From NCBI GenBank assembly GCA_030037175.1, contig JASHRV010000394.1:2975-66974 (forward strand): a stretch of 64,000 nt of DNA, given 5' to 3'. This DNA comes from Acetobacteraceae bacterium. GTDB taxonomy: Bacteria; Pseudomonadota; Alphaproteobacteria; Acetobacterales; Acetobacteraceae. Shown here piece by piece: positions 19,292 through 28,893 of this stretch; position 1 is the first letter of the stretch; the number at the start of each line of letters is the position of its first letter. Both the position numbers and the translations under genes were made by a program. The notes beneath the pieces were generated by a model that saw only the letters and a program-made list of their open reading frames with translations, did not search any database and had not been told where the DNA came from.

Positions 19292-21952
19292 ATGGAAATG
19301 CCGAAGAGTGCGACGCCGGCGCTGGCTCAGTGGTTCGCGATCAAGGCCCGGCACCCGGACGCCCTCGTTTTCTTCCGGATGGGCGACTTCTTCGAGCTCT
19401 TCTTTGCCGACGCCGAAGCCGCCGCCGCGGCGCTCGACATCGCGCTCACCCGCCGTGGTGAGCACGAAGGACGGCCGGTGCCGATGTGCGGGGTCCCGGC
19501 GGCGGCGGCGGAGATTTATCTCGCCCGGCTGATCCGTCGCGGCTTTCGCGTGGCCGTGGCTGAGCAGCTCGAGCGCGCGTCCGAGCGGCGGGGCGGGGCG
19601 CCGATCCGGCGCGACGTCGTTCGCCTCGTGACCCCCGGCACGCTCACCGACGAGGGACTGCTCGAGCCGGCCCGGCCCAATATGCTGCTCGCCCTCGCAG
19701 CCGCTCCTGGCGGGCCGAACGCGCCGCTGGGCGCGGCTTGGATCGATATCTCGACCGGGCTCTTCGAGACCGAGGCGCTGGCAACGGCCGCCTTGTCCGA
19801 CCTGCTCGGCCGGATCGATCCCGTGGAAATTCTGGCGCCGGAGAAGCTGGCGCTCGGCGACTTCGCTGATCGCCGTTCACCGGCAAGCCCGCCCGCGTCC
19901 ATGCCCGAGGCGGCACGGCAGGCTCTCGCCCGGGCTTTCGAGGTTGCCAACATGGAAGCTTTCGGCAGCTTCACCGACGCCGAGGCGGTCGCCGGCGCCA
20001 TGGCGGTTTCCTATGTGCAAGCGACCCAGGGCGGGCGACTGCCCCGGCTCGGCCCGCCTGTCTCGCAGAAGAGCGCCGCGGTCATGGCGATGGACGCCGC
20101 GACGCGCGCAAGCCTCGAGCTCCTGCGTGCCCGCGACGGCGGCACCGAGCACACGCTGCTTGGGGTGGTGGATCGCACGCTCACCGCGGGAGGAGCGCGG
20201 GCGCTCGCGCAGGGCATCGCCGCCCCTCTGACCGATCCCGCTGCCATAGCCGACCGCCAGGACGCCTGGTCCTGGCTGCTTTCGACGCCGGATCTCGCCG
20301 CCTCTCTCGGCGCAGCGCTCAGCGGCAGCCCGGATCTCGCCCGCGCGCTCGGGCGGCTCTCGGTCGGCCGCGGCGGGGCACGTGATCTTGCCAGCCTGCG
20401 CGACGGGCTCGGGACGGCGCATCGTGTGGCCGCGCTGCTCGCTGAAGCCGCCGCGCCGCCCTCGCTCGCCGAGGCCGGCCGCGCTTTGGGCGGAGGAAAA
20501 ACGCTCGCCGGGACGCTTGCGGCGGCGCTGGCCGAGCGTTTGCCGGCGCGGGCCGACGAAGGTGGCGCGATCGCCTCCGGCTACGATGCGGCGCTCGACG
20601 CGGAACGGCGGCTCCGCGATGAAAGCCGCCGCGTTCTTGCCGAGCTCGAAAGGGATCTTGCCGGACGGCTCCGCGTCTCCGGCCTGAAAATCCGCTACCA
20701 TGCCCAGCTTGGCTACGTCATCGAGGTGCCGGCGGCCGCGGTCGAGCGGCTCAAGGCGGAGCCGGGCTTCTTGCTGCGCCAGGGGATGGCGAACGGGGCG
20801 AGATTCTCCACCCCCGAGCTCACCGAGCTCGACCAGAGGATCAGCAGCGCCGCCAACCGGGCGCTCGCCCGTGAGCAGGAGATCCTTGCCGCGCTCAACG
20901 CCGCCGCGCTCGCCGATGCCGAGGCGATCGCCGCCGCCGCCGGCCGGCTTGCCGAGATCGATGTCGCCCTCTCGGCCGCCCGGCTCGCCGCGGGCGGGCG
21001 GTGGTGCCGGCCGCGCGTCACGGCGGGGAACGAGTTCCGCGTCCGCGCCGGGCGGCATCCGGTGGTCGAAGCAGCACTTCCCCCCGGCGCGGCCTTTGTG
21101 CCGAACGATTGCGATCTTTCGTCCGACCGCCGTGTCGCCCTGCTTACCGGACCGAATATGGCGGGCAAATCGACCTTCCTTCGTCAAAACGCGCTGATCG
21201 CGGTTCTCGCCCAGGCCGGCCTGCCGGTGCCTGCCGAGGAGGCCGAGATCGGCGTGGTCGACCGGCTCTTCTCGCGTGTCGGCGCGGCGGATGATCTCGC
21301 CCGTGGCCGGAGCACCTTCATGGTCGAGATGACCGAGACCGCAGCGATCCTGCGCCAGGCCGGGCCCGCGAGCCTTGTGGTGGTGGACGAGATCGGCCGC
21401 GGAACAGCGACGCTGGATGGGCTTGCCATCGCTTGGGCGGTGCTCGAAGCGCTGCATACGGGACTGCGCTGCCGCACCATCTTCGCGACCCATTTCCATG
21501 AGCTGGCACGGCTTTCGACGGAGCTGCCCCGGCTCAGGCCCCTCTGCATGCGGGTCAAGGAATGGCAGGGCGGCGTCGTCTTCCTTCACGAGGTTGCGGA
21601 AGGGGCGGCCGAGCGGAGCTTCGGTGTGGCCGTGGCGAAACTTGCGGGCGTGCCTGCGCCGGTGGTCAGTCGTGCGACGCGGTTGCTCGCCCTGCTCGAA
21701 GAACGCGGTGCGGCGCTGACGGCTCCAGCCCAGCTCCCGCTCTTCGCCACCGCGGCACCGCCCGCACCTCGGGTCGAAGAGGCCGCGGAACAACCGCCGA
21801 CTGCGGCTCCGCCCGATCCGCTGCATGCAGCGGTTGCAGAACTTGCTCCGGATGCGCTCACACCGCGGGAAGCTCTCGAAATTCTTTACCGGCTGAAGGC
21901 GTTGCTTCCTGTTCCCGAAAGCGAGGAGCCGCTAGCATTCCGGCGATGCTGA
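19292..21952 (+). CDS. mutS: DNA mismatch repair protein MutS
   Basis: TPALAQWF..KARHPDALVFFRMGDFFELF, Walker A GPNMAGKST, and STFMVEM. Confidence 0.95.
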   Translation: MEMPKSATPALAQWFAIKARHPDALVFFRMGDFFELFFADAEAAAAALDIALTRRGEHEGRPVPMCGVPAAAAEIYLARLIRRGFRVAVAEQLERASERRGGAPIRRDVVRLVTPGTLTDEGLLEPARPNMLLALAAAPGGPNAPLGAAWIDISTGLFETEALATAALSDLLGRIDPVEILAPEKLALGDFADRRSPASPPASMPEAARQALARAFEVANMEAFGSFTDAEAVAGAMAVSYVQATQGGRLPRLGPPVSQKSAAVMAMDAATRASLELLRARDGGTEHTLLGVVDRTLTAGGARALAQGIAAPLTDPAAIADRQDAWSWLLSTPDLAASLGAALSGSPDLARALGRLSVGRGGARDLASLRDGLGTAHRVAALLAEAAAPPSLAEAGRALGGGKTLAGTLAAALAERLPARADEGGAIASGYDAALDAERRLRDESRRVLAELERDLAGRLRVSGLKIRYHAQLGYVIEVPAAAVERLKAEPGFLLRQGMANGARFSTPELTELDQRISSAANRALAREQEILAALNAAALADAEAIAAAAGRLAEIDVALSAARLAAGGRWCRPRVTAGNEFRVRAGRHPVVEAALPPGAAFVPNDCDLSSDRRVALLTGPNMAGKSTFLRQNALIAVLAQAGLPVPAEEAEIGVVDRLFSRVGAADDLARGRSTFMVEMTETAAILRQAGPASLVVVDEIGRGTATLDGLAIAWAVLEALHTGLRCRTIFATHFHELARLSTELPRLRPLCMRVKEWQGGVVFLHEVAEGAAERSFGVAVAKLAGVPAPVVSRATRLLALLEERGAALTAPAQLPLFATAAPPAPRVEEAAEQPPTAAPPDPLHAAVAELAPDALTPREALEILYRLKALLPVPESEEPLAFRRC

Positions 21953-24759
21953 GCCCCTCCTTCCTACCCGCCACGCCCGCGGCAGCAAAAACTGCCCTGC
22001 TCGATGCGCTCGGCGAGCTTGGGGGAGACCTCGCCGCTGTCAGGCGCGATCTGGCTCTTGGCGCATTTCGTCGGCACTTCGCCCGCATCCAGACGACGGT
22101 GCGGACACGCTTTGAGAGCGGAGAGCTCGCCGGGGTCGCCGCCGCGCGATTGCTTGCCGAGCTCACCCAAGGACTGATCGAGGTCATCTACGCCTATTCG
22201 CTGATGCGCTCCGGCGCCGAGCTCGATACGCCCCTGGCATTGCTCGCCACCGGTGGTTTCGGGCGCGGGATGCTGGCGCCCATGAGCGATATCGACCTGC
22301 TCTTCCTGACCGAGAAGGAACCCGCCGGATCGGTGCGCCAGGTCGTCGAGTTCATGCTCTACCTGCTCTGGGATCTCGGCCTCAAGGTCGGTCACGCCAC
22401 CCGTTCGATTGCGGATTGCCTGGCGGTGGCCAAGGCCGACCTTTCCGTGCGCACGTCCCTGCTGGACACGCGGCTGCTCGAGGGGGATGCGACGCTGGCG
22501 GAGACCTTCCTCGTCCGTTTCCGGGCCGAATGCATCGAGGGTGCGCTCTCGGGTTTCCTTGCCGGCAAGGAGGCCGAACGCACGGCGCGCCACCAGCGCT
22601 ACGGGGAGAGCCCGTTCCTGGTCGAACCGAACGTGAAGGAGGGGCGGGGAGGGTTGCGCGACCTCCAGACCATTTACTGGATGGCCAAGGCCGCATTCGA
22701 TGTGCCGGACATTGCGGCGCTCGGGGCGGAACCGGGCGCCGCGCCGCATGAGGACCACATTCTTTCCGCCTTCGAAGCGCGGCGCTTCCAGCGCTCGCTC
22801 GACTTCCTCTGGGCCGTGCGATTCAACCTCCATTACGTCACCGGCCGGGCGGAGGAACGCCTGACGTTCGATCTCCAGCCGGTCATCGGCGCACGAATGG
22901 GATACACGCGCCACCGCCGCCAGGACGGGGTCGAGCGCTTCATGCGCCACTACTTCCTCACGGCGCGCGAAGTGACCCGTCTGACCCGCGTGCTCGAACC
23001 GGCGATCCTCCGGGCGGCACTCGGTCCGCCGGCAGTGGTCGCGGGCACCACCGACGCTGCGCTGACCGCCGCCGGCTTCGTGCTCGACGAAGGCAAGCTC
23101 ATGCCGAAGGTGCCGGCGAGCTTCGCCCGCGAGCCGATCCTGATGCTGCGCATGCTCGAGATCGCGCGTGACCGCAATCTCGAGCTGCATCCGCTGGCGC
23201 TCGCCGCCCTCATCCGCCACGAGCGAAACGCGATCTCGCTCCGTGGAAACGCAGAGGCCGCGGCGATCTTTCTCGACCTGCTCTGCGGTCGCGATGCCGA
23301 GCACGATCGCGCCGATGGCGCGTTCTGGCTCACGATCATGAACGAGAGCGGCATTCTGGGCCGTCTCCTGCCGGACTGGGCGCATATTGTCGGGCAGATG
23401 CAGTTCGACAGCTACCACGTCTTCACCGTCGATGAGCATACGGTCGAGGCGATCCGCGTTCTCAACATGCTCGAGCGCAACGAGCTCGCGGAAATCGCTC
23501 CGGTGGCGTCAGGATTGATGGACCATCTGCAATCGCGCCGCGCGCTCTACGTCGCGACCCTGCTGCACGATATCGCCAAGGGCCGCGGCGGCGATCATTC
23601 CGAGATCGGCGCCGGAATCGCCCTCGGGGTCGGGCCTGCGCTGGGGCTCTCGGCGGAGGAGACCGAGATGGTCTCCTGGCTCGTCCTGCACCACCTTCTC
23701 CTCAGCCAGACTGCGTTCAAGCGCGATATCGACGATCCGAAGACCATTCTCGACCTCGCCGACACCATTCAGTCCCCGGAACGGCTGCGCCTCCTGCTGA
23801 TCCTGACGGTCGCGGACATGCGCGCGGTTTCGGCCAAGGTGTGGAACGCCTGGAAGGCGACATTGCTGCGCGAGCTCTACGCGCGCGTCGCGGAGGTGCT
23901 TGCCGGCGGGCTCGCCACCACCGAGCGGGACGTGCGCGTTGCCCGGGCGAAACGCGCGACCACCGGATTGCTCTCCGATTGGCCGGCGGAAGACACACAG
24001 AAATTCCTGAGCCTCGGCTATCCCGGCTACTGGCTCGCCTTCGATCCTGCCACCCACGCCCGTCATGCGCGCATGGTGCGCGGGGCCGAATCGCGCGCAG
24101 CGCCACTGACCGTGGAAAGCCAGATCCTGCCGCAGCGCGCGGTGACCGAGGTCACCGTTTACACGGCCGATCATCCCGGGCTTTTCAGCCGCATTGCCGG
24201 CGCGCTCGCAGTCGCCGGCGCATCGATCGTTGACGCGCGCATCCATACCATGACCAACGGGATGGCGCTCGACACCTTCTGGATCCAGGATGCCGCCGGC
24301 GGCGCCTTCGACGCACCGCACCGGCTGGCGCGGCTTGCCGTGCTGATCGAGCAGGCCCTCTCGGGGCGACTGAAATTTGCCTCCGAGATCCGCAAGGTGA
24401 CGAGCGCGTTGCTGGGGCGACGCATGCGTGCGATCCACGTCCCCGCCCGCGTGGTCATCGACAACCGTGCCTCGAACACCCACACCGTGATCGAGGTGAA
24501 CGGACGTGACCGGCCTGGCTTCCTGCACGACGTCACCGCGGCGATCAGCGAACAGGGGGTCTCGATCTCGTCGGCCCATGTCAGCACTTACGGCGTGCGT
24601 GCGGTCGATGTCTTCTATGTCAAGGACGTGTTCGGGCTGAAGATCACCAACGAGCAGAAGCTTGCGCAGCTGCGTCAGGCTCTGCTAGCCGCGATCGCCC
24701 CGACCGAGGAACCGGTCGTGGAAGACGTGCCGGCGGCCAGACGACGCCGGAGAGCGTAA
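21946..24759 (+). CDS. glnD: [Protein-PII] uridylyltransferase/uridylyl-removing enzyme
   Basis: Nucleotidyltransferase motif GGFGRGMLAPMSDIDLLF, HD domain (LLHDIAKG), and two C-terminal ACT domains. ATG at 21946 overlaps the mutS end by 7 nt. Confidence 0.92.
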   Translation: MLSPSFLPATPAAAKTALLDALGELGGDLAAVRRDLALGAFRRHFARIQTTVRTRFESGELAGVAAARLLAELTQGLIEVIYAYSLMRSGAELDTPLALLATGGFGRGMLAPMSDIDLLFLTEKEPAGSVRQVVEFMLYLLWDLGLKVGHATRSIADCLAVAKADLSVRTSLLDTRLLEGDATLAETFLVRFRAECIEGALSGFLAGKEAERTARHQRYGESPFLVEPNVKEGRGGLRDLQTIYWMAKAAFDVPDIAALGAEPGAAPHEDHILSAFEARRFQRSLDFLWAVRFNLHYVTGRAEERLTFDLQPVIGARMGYTRHRRQDGVERFMRHYFLTAREVTRLTRVLEPAILRAALGPPAVVAGTTDAALTAAGFVLDEGKLMPKVPASFAREPILMLRMLEIARDRNLELHPLALAALIRHERNAISLRGNAEAAAIFLDLLCGRDAEHDRADGAFWLTIMNESGILGRLLPDWAHIVGQMQFDSYHVFTVDEHTVEAIRVLNMLERNELAEIAPVASGLMDHLQSRRALYVATLLHDIAKGRGGDHSEIGAGIALGVGPALGLSAEETEMVSWLVLHHLLLSQTAFKRDIDDPKTILDLADTIQSPERLRLLLILTVADMRAVSAKVWNAWKATLLRELYARVAEVLAGGLATTERDVRVARAKRATTGLLSDWPAEDTQKFLSLGYPGYWLAFDPATHARHARMVRGAESRAAPLTVESQILPQRAVTEVTVYTADHPGLFSRIAGALAVAGASIVDARIHTMTNGMALDTFWIQDAAGGAFDAPHRLARLAVLIEQALSGRLKFASEIRKVTSALLGRRMRAIHVPARVVIDNRASNTHTVIEVNGRDRPGFLHDVTAAISEQGVSISSAHVSTYGVRAVDVFYVKDVFGLKITNEQKLAQLRQALLAAIAPTEEPVVEDVPAARRRRRA

Positions 24760-24760
24760 C

Positions 24761-25555
24761 TTACGCTTTGCGCGATGTGCGTGCCGCGTCGCGGGCAACG
24801 CCGATCGGCGGAACCTCCCCGCTCATGCCCGCGAGAACCTCTGCCACGTGACGCACCTGCACGGAGCTGCCTTCGCGCGAAAGTCGTCCCGCCATGTTGA
24901 GCAGGCACCCGAGGTCGCCGGCGAGCAGCGTGTCGGCGCCGGTGGCAGCGATATCCTTCGTCTTGTCAGAGACCATGCGCACGGAAATCTCAGGATACTT
25001 GACGCAGAACGTACCTCCGAACCCGCAGCAGACCTCCGGCTCCGCCATCTCCTTGAGCGTAAGGCCCGTGACCCCTGCGAGCAGCCGGCGCGGCTGATCC
25101 TTGACCCCAAGCTCGCGCAGGCCGGAACAGCTGTCGTGGTAGGTGACGATGCCATGGTAGGTCGCGTCGACATGCGCGACGCCGAGCACATCCGTGAGGA
25201 AGCCCACGAGCTCGAAGGTCTTGTCCGCCAGCGCCTCCGCGCGGGGGCGCAGGTTCGGATCGTCGTCGAACAAAGTCGGCAGGTGGTGCTTCAGCATGCC
25301 GCCGCACGATCCCGAGGGAACCACCACGTGGTCGTAGCCGCCAAAAGCTTCGAGAATCCCGCGACCGATATCGCGCGCCGTTGCGCGATCGCCCGAGTTG
25401 TAAGCGGGCTGGCCGCAACAGGTCTGCGCGCGCGGTACTTCCACCTGGCAGCCGGCCTGTTCGAGCAGACGGATAGCGGCGAAGCCCACGGTCGGACGGT
25501 GAAAATCGACGAGGCAGGTGACGAAGAGCGCAACGCGCGGACGGGCAGGTGGCAT
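24761..25555 (-). CDS. LutA/GlcF-like (Fe-S) oxidoreductase with CCG domains
   Basis: VALFVTCLVD.., AQTCCGQP, PSGSCGGM and PEVCCGFGG are the cysteine-rich CCG repeats of the LutA family. No lutB or lutC is adjacent. Confidence 0.8.
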   Translation of the reverse strand: MPPARPRVALFVTCLVDFHRPTVGFAAIRLLEQAGCQVEVPRAQTCCGQPAYNSGDRATARDIGRGILEAFGGYDHVVVPSGSCGGMLKHHLPTLFDDDPNLRPRAEALADKTFELVGFLTDVLGVAHVDATYHGIVTYHDSCSGLRELGVKDQPRRLLAGVTGLTLKEMAEPEVCCGFGGTFCVKYPEISVRMVSDKTKDIAATGADTLLAGDLGCLLNMAGRLSREGSSVQVRHVAEVLAGMSGEVPPIGVARDAARTSRKA

Positions 25556-25623
25556 CGCGCGATCCTATGGCACAGGCGGAGCAGGGGCGAGCAGGGGTCC
25601 GCCCCCGCGGCAGGCGGGCAAGG

Positions 25624-25722
25624 AATCCGGTTCTTTCCTGAAAGAAAGAACCAAAGAACTTTTACCCGTTTTCCGTTCGGAATCCCGAGCCGGCGCCGGG
25701 TCCGGAAGAACGGGAAAAAGTT
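25624..25722 (-). repeat. Intergenic composite-hairpin element, copy D (truncated)
   Basis: GGTTCTTTCCTGAAAGAAAGAACC hairpin plus the CCGTTTTCCGTTCGGAATCCCGAGCCGGCGCCGGGTCCGGAAGAACGG core. The AT hairpin-1 arm is missing. Confidence 0.75.
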
Positions 25723-25734
25723 TCTTTCGTCCGT

Positions 25735-26946
25735 TCAGCCGCTTCCGGCGGGCGGGCGTGGCAGCAGCACGTACTCCGCGCCGTGTGCGTTCATCCGGCC
25801 GGCTGCCGCTTCGGCTTGATCGCCCCAGCCGAAGAAGATATCCGCGCGAAGCGGCGTGGTGATCGCGCCGCCGATATCTTCGGCGACCATCAGCCTCTGC
25901 AATGGCTTGCCCGTATCGGGATCGCTTGTTGCGACCCACACCGGCGCGCCGAGCGGGATGTAGCGCCGGTCCACGGCCAGGGCGCGTCCCGGCGTGAGCG
26001 GCACGCCAAGCGCTCCGGGCGGGCCCTCGTCAGGGGGCAGCCCGGGCAGGATGCGAAAGAAGTCGTACGCCGGATTCGTGTCCATGATGGCTTGCGCCTC
26101 GGACGGATGTGTCTCGAGCCAAGCGATGATCGCCTGCAGCGTGATCGCATTCTGCGGAATGTCGCCGCGCTCGGCGAGAATGCGGCCGATCGGAACATAA
26201 GGCCGGCCGTTCTCGCCCGCGAACCCGACGCGGATGATCTCGCCGTCGGGTAGACGAATGCGGCCCGAGCCCTGGATCTGCAGCACGAAGGCTGCCACGG
26301 GATCGGCAACCCAGGCGATCGCGAGGTGTTGACCCGCAAGCGCGCCGGCCGTGATCTCCGCGCGTGTGAAATAGGGCTCGAGGCGGCCATCCCGAACGCG
26401 CCCGGCGATGATCCGCCCGGCGAGATTGGGTTCGAAATCCCCGAGTTCCGCCTGCACCAGGTCAGGTGGGCGGCCGTAGAGCGGTGTGTCGTAGTGCGCG
26501 GTCTCCTCAAGCGAGCCGGCCACTTCCGGCTCGAAATAGCCGGTGAAAAGGACCGAGCCGTCGCCGTTGGCACTCACCCGATAGGCTTGCAGATAGCGCA
26601 CGAGAAAGGCGCGGGCGGCGGCTTCATCGCCCGCCGGGACGGCGCGTGCCGCCGTGCAGGCGGGCTGCCATAACCCGGCCTTGCCGCCAAGCATGGCAGC
26701 CGCTCCGGCGCCTCCGAGCTTCTGATCCACCGGAAGAGTGAGGATTCGTTCGCAGGCGGCGCGGAAGGCCTGAAGCCCGGCATCGACCCGGTCGGCCTGC
26801 CAGCCGGGCAGCGCGGTCACCGGCACCGGCTCGAGACCCATGACCGGCCCCTGACCTGGAACCGCCCGCATCGCGCAGCCGGCGAGCGCGGATAGCAGCA
26901 GCGCCGCCGCGCTCCCGCGGCGGAGCATCCGAAAGAGGCACCTCAC
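25735..26946 (-). CDS. mltA: Murein transglycosylase A (lipoprotein)
   Basis: Lipobox LSALAG|C, an MltA-specific insert and 3D-domain motifs (FTGYFEP.., DIGGAI). Conserved position next to the Tim44-like gene and secB. Confidence 0.88.
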   Translation of the reverse strand: MRCLFRMLRRGSAAALLLSALAGCAMRAVPGQGPVMGLEPVPVTALPGWQADRVDAGLQAFRAACERILTLPVDQKLGGAGAAAMLGGKAGLWQPACTAARAVPAGDEAAARAFLVRYLQAYRVSANGDGSVLFTGYFEPEVAGSLEETAHYDTPLYGRPPDLVQAELGDFEPNLAGRIIAGRVRDGRLEPYFTRAEITAGALAGQHLAIAWVADPVAAFVLQIQGSGRIRLPDGEIIRVGFAGENGRPYVPIGRILAERGDIPQNAITLQAIIAWLETHPSEAQAIMDTNPAYDFFRILPGLPPDEGPPGALGVPLTPGRALAVDRRYIPLGAPVWVATSDPDTGKPLQRLMVAEDIGGAITTPLRADIFFGWGDQAEAAAGRMNAHGAEYVLLPRPPAGSG

Positions 26947-27623
26947 GCGCTGCGGGCGCCGACCAGCCGCCAGGTTGGATCCCGGGCTGCAAGGTCTCGT
27001 TCGAACGTCCAGAGATCGGTGATTTCCGTCACCGCCTCGGTGCCTGTGGCGGGCTGGCCATCGCGACCGAAGGTGACGTTCACCTGGTCCGAGACGAAGC
27101 GGACAGCAATGCGCGCCGTCGTGCCGGCGAGCTCCGCACTCTCGATGCTGGCAGCTTCGATGCTGCGGATCTCCGTTTTTTGCGTTTCGCCGCGGCTTTC
27201 GCGCTCGGCGATGGCGGTGTCGAAGGTGCGGTAGGTTTCTTCCGAGAGGAGCGGCCGCAGGGCGTCGCGATCGCCTGCGGCGAACGCGGCGACGATGATG
27301 CGGAAGGCCTGCTCCGCCCCTTCGAGGAAGCGCTGGGGCTCGAAGCCACGGTCAACGCCCTGCATTCGGACCAGGGTCGCGCCGACAGGGCTCGCAGGAT
27401 CGGGAAGAGGCCGGGCCGGTGCCGGCGGCACCGCCTCGGCCCGGCCCTCGATCACCGGGGCCGAACGCAAAGGCGGACGGGGCCCTTGGGCATCCCCCCT
27501 CGTATCGAGCGGCGGGCGCTCGAAGCCGGTGCGCCGGCCGAGCACGCTGCGCAGCCTAAGAACGAGGAACGCGGCGATCAGGCCGAACAAAACCAGATCG
27601 ATTGGAAACCCACTCTGGCCCAT
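26943..27623 (-). CDS. Tim44-like domain protein
   Basis: N-terminal TM helix (IDLVLFGLIAAFLVLRL), then a C-terminal Tim44/NTF2-like fold. Start chosen at MGQSGF (27623). The stop overlaps the mltA start. Confidence 0.8.
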   Translation of the reverse strand: MGQSGFPIDLVLFGLIAAFLVLRLRSVLGRRTGFERPPLDTRGDAQGPRPPLRSAPVIEGRAEAVPPAPARPLPDPASPVGATLVRMQGVDRGFEPQRFLEGAEQAFRIIVAAFAAGDRDALRPLLSEETYRTFDTAIAERESRGETQKTEIRSIEAASIESAELAGTTARIAVRFVSDQVNVTFGRDGQPATGTEAVTEITDLWTFERDLAARDPTWRLVGARSA

Positions 27624-27720
27624 CAACTCGACTCCTGTGAGCGCAGAGATAGGCGGAGCCAAGGCTTCAGGCAACAAAGCATCGGTTGCCGGCCTGGGCC
27701 CGGCCCGCTAAAGCGACGCC

Positions 27721-28278
27721 ATGATCCTGCTCCGACATGGAGAAAGCGAGTTCAACCGGCATTTCTCGGTCACCAAGCGCGACCCGGGCATCCGCGACCC
27801 TGCCCTTACCGAGCGCGGTCGCGCGCAGGTCGAAGCCGCCGCAGCAGCGCTTGCGGGGCAGGCGATCACGCGGATCGTCGTCTCGCCCTACAGAAGAGCG
27901 CTTCAGACCGCAGCCCCGCTGGCAGCCGCGTTCGGCGTGCCGGTTACGGTGACGACGCTGGTGCGCGAGCGGTTCGCCTTCGTCTGCGATATCGGATCCC
28001 CCCGCAGCACGCTGGAACGAAGCTGGCCCGAGCATGATTTCTCCGCCCTCTCCGAGGTATGGTGGCCGGCCGCCACGGAGTCCGAGGTGGAGGTGAACGA
28101 CCGCGCGGCACGTTTCTGTGCTGAAGTCGCGGCCGGGCCGGACGCGGAGGCGTGCCTCGTGATCACCCATTGGGGCTTCATCCTGGCGCTCACGGGCCAA
28201 CGCGTGCCGAATGGCGACTGGCTGCGCTACGATCTCACCACGCCGGCGGGAACCCCAGCACCTGCCGGGGCCGTCTGA
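27721..28278 (+). CDS. Histidine phosphatase (phosphoglycerate mutase) family protein
   Basis: MILLRHGES catalytic RHG motif and a downstream ITHWG histidine. Confidence 0.8.
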   Translation: MILLRHGESEFNRHFSVTKRDPGIRDPALTERGRAQVEAAAAALAGQAITRIVVSPYRRALQTAAPLAAAFGVPVTVTTLVRERFAFVCDIGSPRSTLERSWPEHDFSALSEVWWPAATESEVEVNDRAARFCAEVAAGPDAEACLVITHWGFILALTGQRVPNGDWLRYDLTTPAGTPAPAGAV

Positions 28279-28332
28279 CGATCCCAGCTTCGGGTGCAAG
28301 CCCGAAGCGATGACTGCAGGAGACCCACCAGG

Positions 28333-28845
28333 ATGTCGGAGACGACGACCACCGGCGCGCCGGTGACCACGCTGCCGCTCACGGTAAACCTGCAATATAT
28401 CAAGGACCTCTCATTCGAGGTGCCGGGCGGTCCGCAGATCTTCACGCAGCTGCGCGCCTCGCCGCAGGTCGCGATCAACATGGATGTGCAGGCACGTCGC
28501 CTGCAGGAAGGGCAGCCGGTCTTCGAGGTCGCGCTGCTCGTGCGTGCGGAAGCGACGCTGCCGCCGGGCGGCAACGGCCAGCAGGAGGCCGCGGCCAAGC
28601 AGCCGGTTTTCATCGCCGAGCTTACCTATGCCGGCGTGTTCACCCTCGGCGCGGTTCCGGACAACGCCGTCGAGCCGGTGTTGCTCGTGGAGTGCCCGCG
28701 CCTGCTGTTCCCGTTTGCCCGCAACATCGTCTCCGACGTCACCCGCGACGGTGGTTTTCCGCCGGTCCTGCTGGCCCCGATCGACTTCGTGGCCCTCTGG
28801 CAGAGCCGGCGCAATCAGGCGGCATCCTCGACCGCGATCACCTGA
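28333..28845 (+). CDS. secB: Protein-export chaperone SecB
   Basis: LQYIKDLSFE.P, YAGVF and ECPRLLFPFARNIVSDVTRDGGFPP are SecB signatures. ATG at 28333 is preferred over 28294. Confidence 0.9.
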   Translation: MSETTTTGAPVTTLPLTVNLQYIKDLSFEVPGGPQIFTQLRASPQVAINMDVQARRLQEGQPVFEVALLVRAEATLPPGGNGQQEAAAKQPVFIAELTYAGVFTLGAVPDNAVEPVLLVECPRLLFPFARNIVSDVTRDGGFPPVLLAPIDFVALWQSRRNQAASSTAIT

Positions 28846-28893
28846 GATCGGCAGCTCCTTCCTCCGACTCGGACGCTCCGCCACTCTGTTCCC

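Noticed and set aside
21562-21945. N-terminal extension of the 1065-aa ORF containing glnD
   Set aside because: It overlaps the 3' end of mutS out of frame. GlnD homology begins at MLSPSFLPATP (ATG at 21946).
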